Assembly (NCBI GenBank): GCA_021773815.1
Contig: JAJFJS010000026.1
Coordinates: 4,693 to 68,692, forward strand
Source: Gammaproteobacteria bacterium
GTDB taxonomy: Bacteria; Pseudomonadota; Gammaproteobacteria; Steroidobacterales; GCA-2729495
DNA length: 64,000 nt
Direction of reading: 5' to 3'
The notes beneath the pieces were generated by a model. The model saw nothing but the letters and a program-made list of their open reading frames with translations. It searched no databases and had not been told where the DNA came from. A program made the translations under genes and the position numbers. Shown piece after piece: positions 1 through 7,574 of the stretch (positions within the stretch are counted from its first letter, which is position 1; each line of letters opens with the position of its first letter).

Positions 1-205
1 GCGACCGGCCGGTCACAGGCCTGATTCATCGTTCGATTTGCCATGCGCACTCCCGTATTAAATGGCTCTCGACGGCGGCATTCCCTGTCGGTAAATGCTT
101 CGCGCTTGGCCAAAGGGGATGACCCCAACCGCCGCCGTCAAGAACCAGGCGCACACGCGAGCCAACAACAACCCGCTCCGCCCAACCTGTTTCGTCAGCC
201 CCCTG

Positions 206-436
206 TTACCTGCGCTGACGTATCTTGTGTTTCATCACCAGGTGACCCTCGAAGGTCAGCTGTCGACTCCCGTTGAATCGAAATCTTGAGTAGTGCCCGG
301 TCGTCGATTTCACGGCCGCGGCATACTGATCTTCGGTCAGGATGATTCGTGCATCGCGCTGACCGGTCTCTTCGAACGAGCGCACCATCCGGTCGCAGGA
401 TGCATACAGCGTCGCCAACTCTTGCTGTGGACTCAT
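206..436 (-). CDS. hypothetical phage-region protein (76 aa)
   Basis: The ATG overlaps the stop of the upstream 433..912 gene (ATGA junction). The composition looks more protein-like than the overlapping Arg-rich 195..443 frame. No family recognised. Confidence 0.3.
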   Translation of the reverse strand: MSPQQELATLYASCDRMVRSFEETGQRDARIILTEDQYAAAVKSTTGHYSRFRFNGSRQLTFEGHLVMKHKIRQRR

Positions 437-912
437 TCGACAACCTTCATCCGCTGTGCTGAATCAGGGCCAGCTGTATCAATTTGCTCGAGCTCTTCCG
501 CAATCTGTCGCCGGCGACGTGCGATTCGCTCGTCTTCGGCCAGCAATTTCACCCTCCGGGACGGCTGTGCGGCCGGCCTGCTCCGCTCGTAACTGGTTTC
601 GTCATCAATCCAGTGCTTCACAATGTGGCAGCCGATCTCTCGACCAACCTTCAACGCCCGAATGATGTGAATCTGGTGAAACTGCTGCGCATGATTTTCA
701 TTCATGCAATCGAGGAACCAGCGTCGGGCCTTCTCGGGCTCACCGTCGAGATCTGGACGAAGCCGCTCGGCAAACACCTTCTTTCCGCCCGCCGCACGGG
801 CCAACGCTTCCATCACGTCCTCAAACGTGTCATCGAGTAACAGCATCTGTTCGCCGGGTTGCGCAGCAGCAGTTTTCATTGCGTAAAGATGCGTAAGTCC
901 ATATCTGATCAA
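433..912 (-). CDS. phage early regulatory protein, possibly CII-like
   Basis: 159-aa ORF directly downstream of the Cro-like gene on the same strand, which is the cII position in temperate-phage switches. The segment ERLRPDLDG..ARRWFLDCMNENHAQQFHQIHII loosely resembles the LRNKLNP..HQF region of phage 186 CII from memory. The functional call is weak. Confidence 0.4.
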   Translation of the reverse strand: MIRYGLTHLYAMKTAAAQPGEQMLLLDDTFEDVMEALARAAGGKKVFAERLRPDLDGEPEKARRWFLDCMNENHAQQFHQIHIIRALKVGREIGCHIVKHWIDDETSYERSRPAAQPSRRVKLLAEDERIARRRRQIAEELEQIDTAGPDSAQRMKVVE

Positions 913-924
913 ATAAAAAAACGA

Positions 925-1254
925 TTACTGCGACCCGTCATCGTCCGTTTCGTCGAAAATGTCCGGGCGCAGCTGGAACTTCGGGATACCAGTGACAACT
1001 GAAACAGCACGCACTCTGGTCGGAGGAACAACGCCACGCGTAAACCATCGCGAGACCCCTGCCTGTGTCAGGCGCTTCCCGCTGGCGCGTGTGACGGTGG
1101 CAGCGAAAGTCTTTTGGGTTTGCCCGTGCACACGAAACCATTCCGCTAAGAAATCAATCCCGGTCGAAGGGTCCTCGCTGGCGCCGGTCTCGCCCGGCAA
1201 TTCAGCGTTTGCAGCTGACTCATGGCTCATTTCGAGAAAATAACTAATGGTCAT
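925..1254 (-). CDS. Cro/YdaS-like helix-turn-helix DNA-binding protein
   Basis: The segment QKTFAATV..LTQAGVSRWFTRGVVPPTRVRAVSVVTGIPKFQLRPDIF fits the YdaS/Cro pattern (vsqW..g.vP.......T.G.....LRPD.f). The gene is divergent from the CI-like gene. An alternative ATG at 1230 (MSHES) is possible. Confidence 0.55.
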   Translation of the reverse strand: MTISYFLEMSHESAANAELPGETGASEDPSTGIDFLAEWFRVHGQTQKTFAATVTRASGKRLTQAGVSRWFTRGVVPPTRVRAVSVVTGIPKFQLRPDIFDETDDDGSQ

Positions 1255-1304
1255 CTTTATGTCAAGTACTGATAGTCATATTCCAAACGCTTAAGAATGC
1301 CCCA
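1237..1304. promoter_or_regulatory. divergent promoter/operator region of the CI-like/Cro-like pair
   Basis: Minus strand: perfect -35 TTGACA (1260-1265), a 17-nt spacer and -10 TATTTT (1237-1242), which puts a start site near the internal ATG at 1230. Plus strand: AAGAAT (1293-1298) lies 7 nt before the ATG at 1305, with no Shine-Dalgarno. By-eye prediction only. Confidence 0.3.
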
Positions 1305-1760
1305 ATGACTAACGGTTATAAATCAGCGTTTTGGAGCCGCCTCGCAGAAGCGATGACGGACAAGGAAATGAAGGTCACCCAGAAATCCGCGGGTGCGCTC
1401 ATCGACGTCAGCCAAACCGGCGCGCGCAAATGGCAGGAGGACACGTTGCCGAGCATGGAAAACGCGACACTGCTCGCAGATAAACTCGGTGTATGTGTCG
1501 AATGGCTGTACACCGGACGCGGGCCCAAGCGCCCCATCGATCTTTACCGAATGCTCGATTGCGCCACTGCTGTCGAATCCTGGTTGGTGAAACAAGAATT
1601 CGAACATGACGTCAGCCCGGAAGAACGCGAGTCACTCTACAAATTCATCCTCGACGATTTTCCGGGCAAGATCGATCGCGATATTGCTCACCGCAGGCTT
1701 TCCAACATCGGCCGAATTCGATTGCCAGGCACGATGAATCCCAGCCATCAGAACACATAG
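1305..1760 (+). CDS. CI-like XRE-family HTH repressor (no S24 peptidase domain)
   Basis: The segment VTQKSAGALIDVSQTGARKWQEDTLPSMENATLLADKLGVCVEWLYTGRGPKRP is a typical HTH_XRE/phage repressor N-terminus. The gene is divergent from the Cro-like gene. Confidence 0.65.
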   Translation: MTNGYKSAFWSRLAEAMTDKEMKVTQKSAGALIDVSQTGARKWQEDTLPSMENATLLADKLGVCVEWLYTGRGPKRPIDLYRMLDCATAVESWLVKQEFEHDVSPEERESLYKFILDDFPGKIDRDIAHRRLSNIGRIRLPGTMNPSHQNT

Positions 1761-2019
1761 CATCAACGTCGCCCCGAAAACATGCACACATTTTCGGCAT
1801 GCACGACGACGCTTCAGTCGCCCAATTATTATGCCTACTTCAATCTCTGGGCCTGAAACCGTCACAAGCACTCTCCCCCAACTTGGTACTATTTTATTTC
1901 TGTATTACACCGACAACGAAGCGGCGATCAAGTCACTTATGTAAATCTTCAATCAAGAAATTCAGATTGAATCAACGAAGATCGCCGGTGGAATTTTCAA
2001 AAAAAAGAGGCTGACGCAT

Positions 2020-2817
2020 ATGGTAACCATCCCCAAAAAGACCAGAGATCGCCTTGTCAAACAGATTCCAAGGTTCCAGAAAATTCTGGCTGACGCCAAG
2101 AATCGTGACATTCACGAGTCAGATACCGTCACAATAATCGTCGACATGTTGGATGAGATATTTGGATTCGATAAATACACCGAGATCACAAGCGAGCATG
2201 CAATAAAAGCGACGTTTTGCGATCTGGCTGTGAAACTGGATGGGTCGGTGAAATATCTGATCGAGGTCAAGGCAATCGGTCTCGACCTGAAAGAAAATCA
2301 CCTTCGACAGGCTATCAACTACGGAGCGAACGAAGGAATTCCGTGGGTTGTCCTAACCAACGGTATGCATTGGCAGGTTCACAAAATTGCTTTCGAGCGA
2401 CCGATCTCGTCAGAATTGGTCGCAACAATCAATTTCGAAGAACTCAGCCACCGTCGAAACGAGGACCTAGAACTGGCCTTCCTCCTGTGCAAGCAAGGAA
2501 TCAAGAGGCAAGTCATCGAGGAATACCACGAGCGATCACAGGTCGTGAATCGATTTACGGTTGCTGCGATTGTGCAGACGGATCCCGTTGTGGCGAGCAT
2601 TCGGAGAGAGTTGAGACGAATCGCACCGGGACTGAAGATTGATGGCAGCGAAATCCAAGAAATGCTGGAAACTGCGGTCCTAAAGCGAGATGTCACCCTG
2701 GGTGACAGCGCCGATCAGGCCAAAATTCGGGTACGGAAAGCGGCGAAGACGATCCGGAAAAAGAAGCGAAAAAAAATATCATCAACACCATCCAGCAACT
2801 CAGAAGTTAGCGATTAG
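2020..2817 (+). CDS. stand-alone PD-(D/E)xK nuclease, type I restriction HsdR N-terminal-domain-like, with a Lys-rich tail
   Basis: The core CDLAVKLDGSVKYLIEVKAIG...LRQAINYGANEGIPWVVLTNGMHWQV gives the D-(x)n-E-x-K plus Q..Y / TNG..W pattern of HSDR_N/Mrr-like domains. The RBS AGAGG lies 10 nt upstream. The gene sits in a low-GC stretch. The C-terminus is KAAKTIRKKKRKKISS. Confidence 0.7.
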   Translation: MVTIPKKTRDRLVKQIPRFQKILADAKNRDIHESDTVTIIVDMLDEIFGFDKYTEITSEHAIKATFCDLAVKLDGSVKYLIEVKAIGLDLKENHLRQAINYGANEGIPWVVLTNGMHWQVHKIAFERPISSELVATINFEELSHRRNEDLELAFLLCKQGIKRQVIEEYHERSQVVNRFTVAAIVQTDPVVASIRRELRRIAPGLKIDGSEIQEMLETAVLKRDVTLGDSADQAKIRVRKAAKTIRKKKRKKISSTPSSNSEVSD

Positions 2818-2870
2818 AGAAAGGGTCCGCAAACAGGCTGATCCCCACCCTAAAAGATGACTCGCGGTTA

Positions 2871-2920
2871 TTGACATGAAATGACTATTGGTTATACTCC
2901 GTTCCAACAGACGCTGGAAC
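2871..2920 (+). promoter_or_regulatory. near-consensus sigma70 promoter followed by an inverted repeat (candidate operator)
   Basis: TTGACA (2871-2876), a 16-nt spacer and TATACT (2893-2898), then GTTCCA-N8-TGGAAC (2901-2920), just upstream of the ATG at 2927. Confidence 0.45.
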
Positions 2921-2926
2921 CGAGTC

Positions 2927-3166
2927 ATGACCTACCGAATCCGCAACAGCATCACCGCCGGCCACCCGGCCGTTCAGGCCGCCTTCAAGGCCCGCGGCAT
3001 CAATGACTACTGCAACGCGCTGGCGCCGCATGCGCGCACCCGTAACGTTCAGGTGTTTGTCCTGACCGATGGGCGCGTGATCCCGGCAGATAGTCGGGTT
3101 GTATCCGAAGTCGCTCGAGAAGCATCTCAGGCCCCGTCAGCAGACCAGGCTGTTCTGGCGGCATGA
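2927..3166 (+). CDS. hypothetical small protein (79 aa)
   Basis: First ORF after the promoter. Its stop overlaps the next start (ATGA). The ATG at 2927 is preferred to the upstream alternative start of the 2888 ORF. No family recognised. Confidence 0.4.
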   Translation: MTYRIRNSITAGHPAVQAAFKARGINDYCNALAPHARTRNVQVFVLTDGRVIPADSRVVSEVAREASQAPSADQAVLAA

Positions 3167-3351
3167 GACTCGCTGCCTACATCAATGCCCGCCCCATCAC
3201 CCGCGACGACCGGATCCGGAACACGGAAGCCTCCCTGCAGATCCTGCCGGGCATCCAGGTAACACGTCCCGCTGATGCCGAGTCGCTTGAGGTCAAGCGT
3301 GACTTCGCCAGGGTATTCATCAGTGATCACCATCGGGAGATATCACAATGA
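3163..3351 (+). CDS. hypothetical small protein (62 aa)
   Basis: Linked by ATGA overlaps to both the preceding and the following ORF. No family recognised. Confidence 0.35.
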   Translation: MRLAAYINARPITRDDRIRNTEASLQILPGIQVTRPADAESLEVKRDFARVFISDHHREISQ

Positions 3352-3476
3352 TCCCCCCATACCCCCACAAGCAGAAGATCCGCGACGAGCGACGAGCTCC
3401 CGGCGAGGAGTACGTGATTCTCTTGGCTGGCGCATTGCTTGGCCTGTATGTGGCCATGCTGTTCTACGGACTCTGA
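3348..3476 (+). CDS. 42-aa single-pass membrane peptide (below the ORF-track cut-off)
   Basis: Hand translation gives MIPPYPHKQKIRDERRAPGEEYVILLAGALLGLYVAMLFYGL*. The N-terminus is charged and the C-terminus is a hydrophobic helix. The start is embedded in the ATGA overlap with the previous ORF. Confidence 0.3.
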   Translation: MIPPYPHKQKIRDERRAPGEEYVILLAGALLGLYVAMLFYGL

Positions 3477-3521
3477 GCAAGCCTTGAAAATGCGTCGAAA
3501 CGCGTCACGCGGTTTTCTCCG

Positions 3522-3815
3522 ATGACTTCCGGCTCAATCCGGCCGGTATTGCCATTCGCCACCTGCGCGCAGTGTGAGCGGATATTTGAACGCACTCGCC
3601 CCTGGAACAAATTCTGTTCCGACGCCTGCAGGCACGCCCACCATAACCGGCGCCCACCGGCCGACGGCCCCCGAGGCAAGGTGCGCGGCGTCCGGCGCAT
3701 CAAGGCCGGCGTGAGTATCACCGTCCACGTCACGGATCCGGATGAGGTCCAGCGCGCTGTCCGGCAGGAGATCGGCGACGACGTGTGTTTGGCACCCGGG
3801 GATCGATCGTGCTAA
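3522..3815 (+). CDS. C4 zinc-ribbon protein (phage-region)
   Basis: CAQC-x13-CSDAC motif (CAQCERIFERTRPWNKFCSDACRHAHHN). The stop TAA overlaps a GTG start of the next ORF (GTGCTAA). Confidence 0.45.
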   Translation: MTSGSIRPVLPFATCAQCERIFERTRPWNKFCSDACRHAHHNRRPPADGPRGKVRGVRRIKAGVSITVHVTDPDEVQRAVRQEIGDDVCLAPGDRSC

Positions 3816-4012
3816 TCGGCCAGAAAGAGCTCCAGCAGGCGACCGGGTATACCCGCCCCGCCGACATCGCGAGATGCCTGAAGCGGCAGGGAATACGCGT
3901 GTTTCGTGGCAGAAATGGTAAGGTCTTCGCCTACTCGGAGGACTTTGCCCGTGACCGACAACGACAGAAAGGCCCTAACCTTGAGCCAGCTGCCCGCAAA
4001 CGTCCACGTTAA
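3785..4012 (+). CDS. DUF4224-like / excisionase-like small DNA-binding protein
   Basis: The segment KELQQATGYTRPADIARCLKRQGIRVFRGRNGKVFAY fits the eL.elTGykrp..q..wLrrnGi.f pattern of the small proteins found just upstream of phage integrases. The start is uncertain (GTG 3785 or GTG 3809). The 3' end overlaps the integrase ORF. Confidence 0.45.
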   Translation: MFGTRGSIVLIGQKELQQATGYTRPADIARCLKRQGIRVFRGRNGKVFAYSEDFARDRQRQKGPNLEPAARKRPR

Positions 4013-4877
4013 GCACGGTGCCTACTACCTGGTGCGGCGCCAGGACGGCAAGCGCAAGTGGCTGTTCCTGTGCCGCTGCGCAGACGGCGAACACGTGCTG
4101 TACGCCGAGCTCGCCAAGGTCACCAATCCGAAGTTCGGCGACATGCGGCAGATGATCGAGTCATTCGTGCTCTTCGGCATGAGCGACCTGCGGCCGGCAA
4201 CTCAGAAGAACTACCGCCACCACGCGAAGCTGCTCACTGAGGTGTTCGGAGACATGGACCCGGGCAGCGTCGAGCCAGGCCACATCGCCGAGTTTCTCTA
4301 CGCCCGCGAGCAGGCCGGCTCTCCGGTCTCCGGCAACCGCGCCGCCGAATGCCTGTCCTCCGTTTTCAACTACGGCATGCGTGTTGGCGCCTGCAAGATC
4401 AATCCCTGCTACGGTGTCCGCCGCAACCGCCAGCGGCCCGCGCGCCGATACATCGAACACCGCGAGCTCGAGGAAACGATCAACCGGGCCAGCGAGCCCG
4501 TCCAGGACTTCCTCGCCCTCGCCTACTTGACCGGGCTGCGCCAGAAAGATCTGCGCGAAATGCGAAAGGGACAAATCACCCCGGACGGTGTCGTGGTAGA
4601 CGAATCCAAGACCGGCAAACGCCGCGTTGTCGAGTGGTCCGAGTCGCTGCGGTTCTTCCTGACCCGGGCCTGCTCCAGGGCTCCGGAGAGCGAATACGTG
4701 CTGACCAATACCCGCGGCCAGCCGTGGTCCGAGTGGGCCGTCCAGTCATTCATGCGCCGCCTAGGCGTCGACTGGAACATTCACAAATTGCGACACAAAG
4801 CCGAAACCGATCACAAGGAAGGCATGGGTATGTTGTCGCTGTACAGTCGCGTCACGCGGCACAAACCGGTGAAATAA
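3906..4877 (+). CDS. int: tyrosine recombinase / phage integrase
   Basis: Box I is YLTGLRQKDL, box II is HKLRHKA, and the candidate Tyr is in MLSLYSR. The N-terminus (KHGAYYLVRRQDGKRKW) is typical of lambdoid integrases. The gene is adjacent to a tRNA 3' end. The true start may be ATG 3915 or GTG 3951. Confidence 0.8.
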   Translation: MAEMVRSSPTRRTLPVTDNDRKALTLSQLPANVHVKHGAYYLVRRQDGKRKWLFLCRCADGEHVLYAELAKVTNPKFGDMRQMIESFVLFGMSDLRPATQKNYRHHAKLLTEVFGDMDPGSVEPGHIAEFLYAREQAGSPVSGNRAAECLSSVFNYGMRVGACKINPCYGVRRNRQRPARRYIEHRELEETINRASEPVQDFLALAYLTGLRQKDLREMRKGQITPDGVVVDESKTGKRRVVEWSESLRFFLTRACSRAPESEYVLTNTRGQPWSEWAVQSFMRRLGVDWNIHKLRHKAETDHKEGMGMLSLYSRVTRHKPVK

Positions 4878-4885
4878 GCGATGAT

Positions 4886-4915
4886 CGGTAGACGCGCCGG
4901 AATTCCGGTAGACGC
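4886..4915. repeat. two 10-bp direct repeats (CGGTAGACGC) spaced 20 bp apart, flanking the palindrome CCGGAATTCCGG
   Basis: Read directly from the sequence: 4886-4895 and 4906-4915. The repeats lie between the integrase stop and the tRNA-Lys. They are candidate arm-type recombinase or Xis binding sites. Confidence 0.3.
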
Positions 4916-4930
4916 AAGCATGGCTGAAAG

Positions 4931-5006
4931 TGGTGGGCCGTGCAGGGCTCGAACCTGCGACCAATTGGTTAAAAGCCAACTGCTCTACCACCTGAGCTAA
5001 CGGCCC
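4931..5006 (-). tRNA. tRNA-Lys (anticodon UUU)
   Basis: The reverse complement GGGCCGTTAGCTCAGGTGGTAGAGCAGTTGGCTTTTAACCAATTGGTCGCAGGTTCGAGCCCTGCACGGCCCACCA folds as a 76-nt cloverleaf. The anticodon loop is CTTTTAA, and the sequence is near-identical to E. coli tRNA-Lys. Confidence 0.92.
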
Positions 5007-5162
5007 ACGCTGCGTGCGCGGTGATCGCCGTGACGGTCGACAGGTCACGCGAACGATCCTAAATATTGGTATGGAGCCGAACCGACCCCATCGGGAACCG
5101 GATTGTACGCGGTCGATCCGACCCGCGGCAAGCCGCCAACCGGCGCCGGCAATGCTCCCCCG

Positions 5163-5873
5163 TCAGGCGCCATCCGGTTCGGCGCCCGGCGCGTAGCGCG
5201 TCGGGTCCGCGATGCGTACATCGGCAAATCCCTGTCGCCGCAACCGGCACGCATCGCATTGCCCGCAGGCGCGACCCAGCGCATCGGCCTGATAACACGA
5301 CACCGTCGACGCGAAATCGACTCCGAGTTCGGTGCCGCGCGCAATAATCTGCGCCTTCGTCATTGCGATCAGCGGCACGCGGATCGCGACCGGTCGGCCT
5401 TCGACGCTGCGCTTCAACGCGAGGTCGGCCATACGCTGGAACGCGTCGATATATTCCGGACGACAATCGGGATAGCCGGAATAGTCGACGGCATTGACGC
5501 CGACATAAATTGCATCGGCATCGAGCACCTCGGCCCAGCCGAGCGCAAACGACAAGAAAACGGTGTTGCGCGCCGGCACGTAGGTCACCGGTATTGCCTC
5601 ACTCTGCTGCAGCGGCACGGCGATACCGGGATCCGTCAGCGCCGAGCCGCCAAAGGCGCCTATATCCAGCGGCATCACGCGATGCGTCGTCACGCCAAGG
5701 GTGTCGGCGACGGCTCGCGCGGCATCGAGTTCCGCATCGTGACGCTGACCGTAATGAAAACTCAGCGCATAACAGTCGTGGCCCTCGGCCGCGGCGATCG
5801 CCAGACACGTCGCCGAATCCATGCCGCCGGACAACAGCACGACAACGGCGCTCACCGCACCATCCCGCAACAC
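5163..5873 (-). CDS. queC: 7-cyano-7-deazaguanine synthase
   Basis: PP-loop [13 protein letters not shown] and the C-terminal zinc motif [10 protein letters not shown]. Confidence 0.9.
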   Translation of the reverse strand: MLRDGAVSAVVVLLSGGMDSATCLAIAAAEGHDCYALSFHYGQRHDAELDAARAVADTLGVTTHRVMPLDIGAFGGSALTDPGIAVPLQQSEAIPVTYVPARNTVFLSFALGWAEVLDADAIYVGVNAVDYSGYPDCRPEYIDAFQRMADLALKRSVEGRPVAIRVPLIAMTKAQIIARGTELGVDFASTVSCYQADALGRACGQCDACRLRRQGFADVRIADPTRYAPGAEPDGA

Positions 5874-5930
5874 GATGCTGCAACTTCCGCTGCGAACTGC
5901 AAGCTGTTGGTGTCATGCATCGTCATCACA

Positions 5931-6599
5931 TCAGTGACCCGGCTGGTCGCCCCACAGCACCTTGTGCAATTGCACCTGGAAACGCACGTCGAGGCGATCG
6001 GCGAGCACCCATTCGGCGCAGTCGCGCGCGAACGCCGGGTCGCCCCAGGCCGGCGAAAAAAGCACCGGGCAAATGCCCGCCAATGCCTGAGTCGCCAGCA
6101 CGTCACGCGCCCATTCGTAATCTGCGCGATCGCAGATGACAAACTTGATCTGGTCATCGGGCTTGAGATGCTCGAGGTTCGCCCAGAGATTGCGCGCACT
6201 CTCCCCGGACGCCGGCGTCTTCAGGTCCAGCACGATGCAGACGCGCGGATCGACTTTATCAATCGCGAGTGCGCCACTGGTCTCCAGCGAGACATCGTAA
6301 CCCTCGTCGCACAGGCGTGACAGCAGCGCCGGGCAGCGACGCTGTGCGAGCGGTTCACCGCCCGTCACACACACACGGGGCGTGCCAAAGTCCGCGACCT
6401 GCGCACAGATCTCGTCGAAACCGAGCCGCACGCCGCCATGAAATGCGTACGCAGTGTCGCAGTACTCGCAGCGCAGCGGGCATCCGGTCAGGCGAACGAA
6501 CGCCGTCGGACGACCGACCGGGCGCGACTCGCCCTGCAGCGAATAAAAGATTTCGGTGATCCGGAGTCCCTGCTCCCGATCTGCGGCGTCCGTTGTCAT
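5931..6599 (-). CDS. queE: 7-carboxy-7-deazaguanine synthase (radical SAM)
   Basis: EIFYSLQGES and the CPLRCEYCDT cluster motif; next to queC. Confidence 0.9.
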   Translation of the reverse strand: MTTDAADREQGLRITEIFYSLQGESRPVGRPTAFVRLTGCPLRCEYCDTAYAFHGGVRLGFDEICAQVADFGTPRVCVTGGEPLAQRRCPALLSRLCDEGYDVSLETSGALAIDKVDPRVCIVLDLKTPASGESARNLWANLEHLKPDDQIKFVICDRADYEWARDVLATQALAGICPVLFSPAWGDPAFARDCAEWVLADRLDVRFQVQLHKVLWGDQPGH

Positions 6600-6777
6600 G
6601 GCTCGTCAGGCCGACGCGCTACATCAGGACCACGAGCGCCGCATGGCGGAAATAGCGGCGGGCGTCGATGCGCAACCTCGACCGCCGTGCTCGGGTCCGG
6701 CGACCAGCCGCCGTCGAGTATTCTCTTTATATAAGACCATCTTCTGCATCCCGCGCTGTGATGACCGACGAGTCCGC

Positions 6778-7551
6778 TCAGCGCTGCTCACTGTTCATGC
6801 GATCCAGACGCTGGGACGCGAGCCGGGCCGCGGTGGTTTCCGGGAATTGCGCAACGACCGCCGACAGCGCCTTCTTCGCATCCGGGCGCCGTTCCAGTTC
6901 GTAATTGCAGTAGCCGATCTTCAGCAAAGCATCCGGGATCTTGCGTGAATCCGGATAGCGTTCGAGGACCTGCTGGAACTGGACCAGCGCCTTCTCATAT
7001 TTCTGCGTCACGTAGTTCGTTTCAGCCAGCCAGTACTGCGCGTTATCGGACAAATCGCTGGCCGGAAACGCCACCATGAACTGTTGCAGCGCGATGGCCG
7101 CCTGATCGTAGCGCCCCTGCTTGAGCAATTCGAATGCCGCCTGGTAATTTGCGCGATCGGTGCCGCCGGGCACAGGCAGTTGCCCGGGGCCCAGCGACCC
7201 GCCTTCCAGCACATTCAGCTTGGCGCCGCTTGCCGCTGCCTGCTCGACCTTCTGCAGTCGCTGATCGACATCGAGATACAGGTCCTTTTGCCGGGCATTG
7301 GACTGCTCAAGCTGGAACTGCATCGTCTCGACGTCGTTGCGCAGACTCTGAACATCCTGCTGCAGGCTCTCGAGCTGCGACAGCAACTGCATCAGGCCCT
7401 GGTTCTCAATCAGCCGCTCGACGCGAATCAACCGACTGTCAATATCGGTCATCTTCAGGAACAGCGGATCCTCTTCGGGCGGCACCAGTAGCGCACAACC
7501 CGCCGTCAGCGAAATTGCAGCGACGCCCGATATCCAGTATTGCGCCTTCAT
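6778..7551 (-). CDS. cpoB: Tol-Pal system protein CpoB/YbgF (coiled coil + TPR)
   Basis: Signal peptide, a Gln/Leu-rich coiled coil and C-terminal TPR repeats (YQAAFELLKQGRYDQAAIALQQF...). It is the last gene of the tol-pal cluster. The ATG at 7551 with a GGGGAA RBS is preferred to the track start at 7578. Confidence 0.85.
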   Translation of the reverse strand: MKAQYWISGVAAISLTAGCALLVPPEEDPLFLKMTDIDSRLIRVERLIENQGLMQLLSQLESLQQDVQSLRNDVETMQFQLEQSNARQKDLYLDVDQRLQKVEQAAASGAKLNVLEGGSLGPGQLPVPGGTDRANYQAAFELLKQGRYDQAAIALQQFMVAFPASDLSDNAQYWLAETNYVTQKYEKALVQFQQVLERYPDSRKIPDALLKIGYCNYELERRPDAKKALSAVVAQFPETTAARLASQRLDRMNSEQR

Positions 7552-7574
7552 CGCGGTTCCCCGATCCAATGCGT

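Larger units (their letters stand above)
1..4930. mobile_element. integrase-proximal part of a phage-like integrative element inserted at tRNA-Lys; its left end lies outside the window
   Basis: A tyrosine integrase ends 53 nt from the 3' end of the tRNA-Lys. It is preceded by Xis/DUF4224-like and zinc-ribbon ORFs, a CI/Cro/CII-like switch and a low-GC insert at 1760-2900. Conserved core genes start immediately right of the tRNA. Confidence 0.6.

Noticed and set aside
195-443. 82-aa ORF overlapping 206..436 in another frame
   Set aside because: Its composition is the Arg-rich shadow type, and the 206..436 frame is start/stop-coupled to the upstream gene. Only one of the two can be real, and neither is strongly supported.
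1774-1797. Terminator between the CI-like gene and the nuclease gene
   Set aside because: The stem is only CCGAAAA/TTTTCGG (AT-rich) with a 10-nt loop and no downstream U-tract. I treat it as at most a weak pause site, so co-transcription remains possible.
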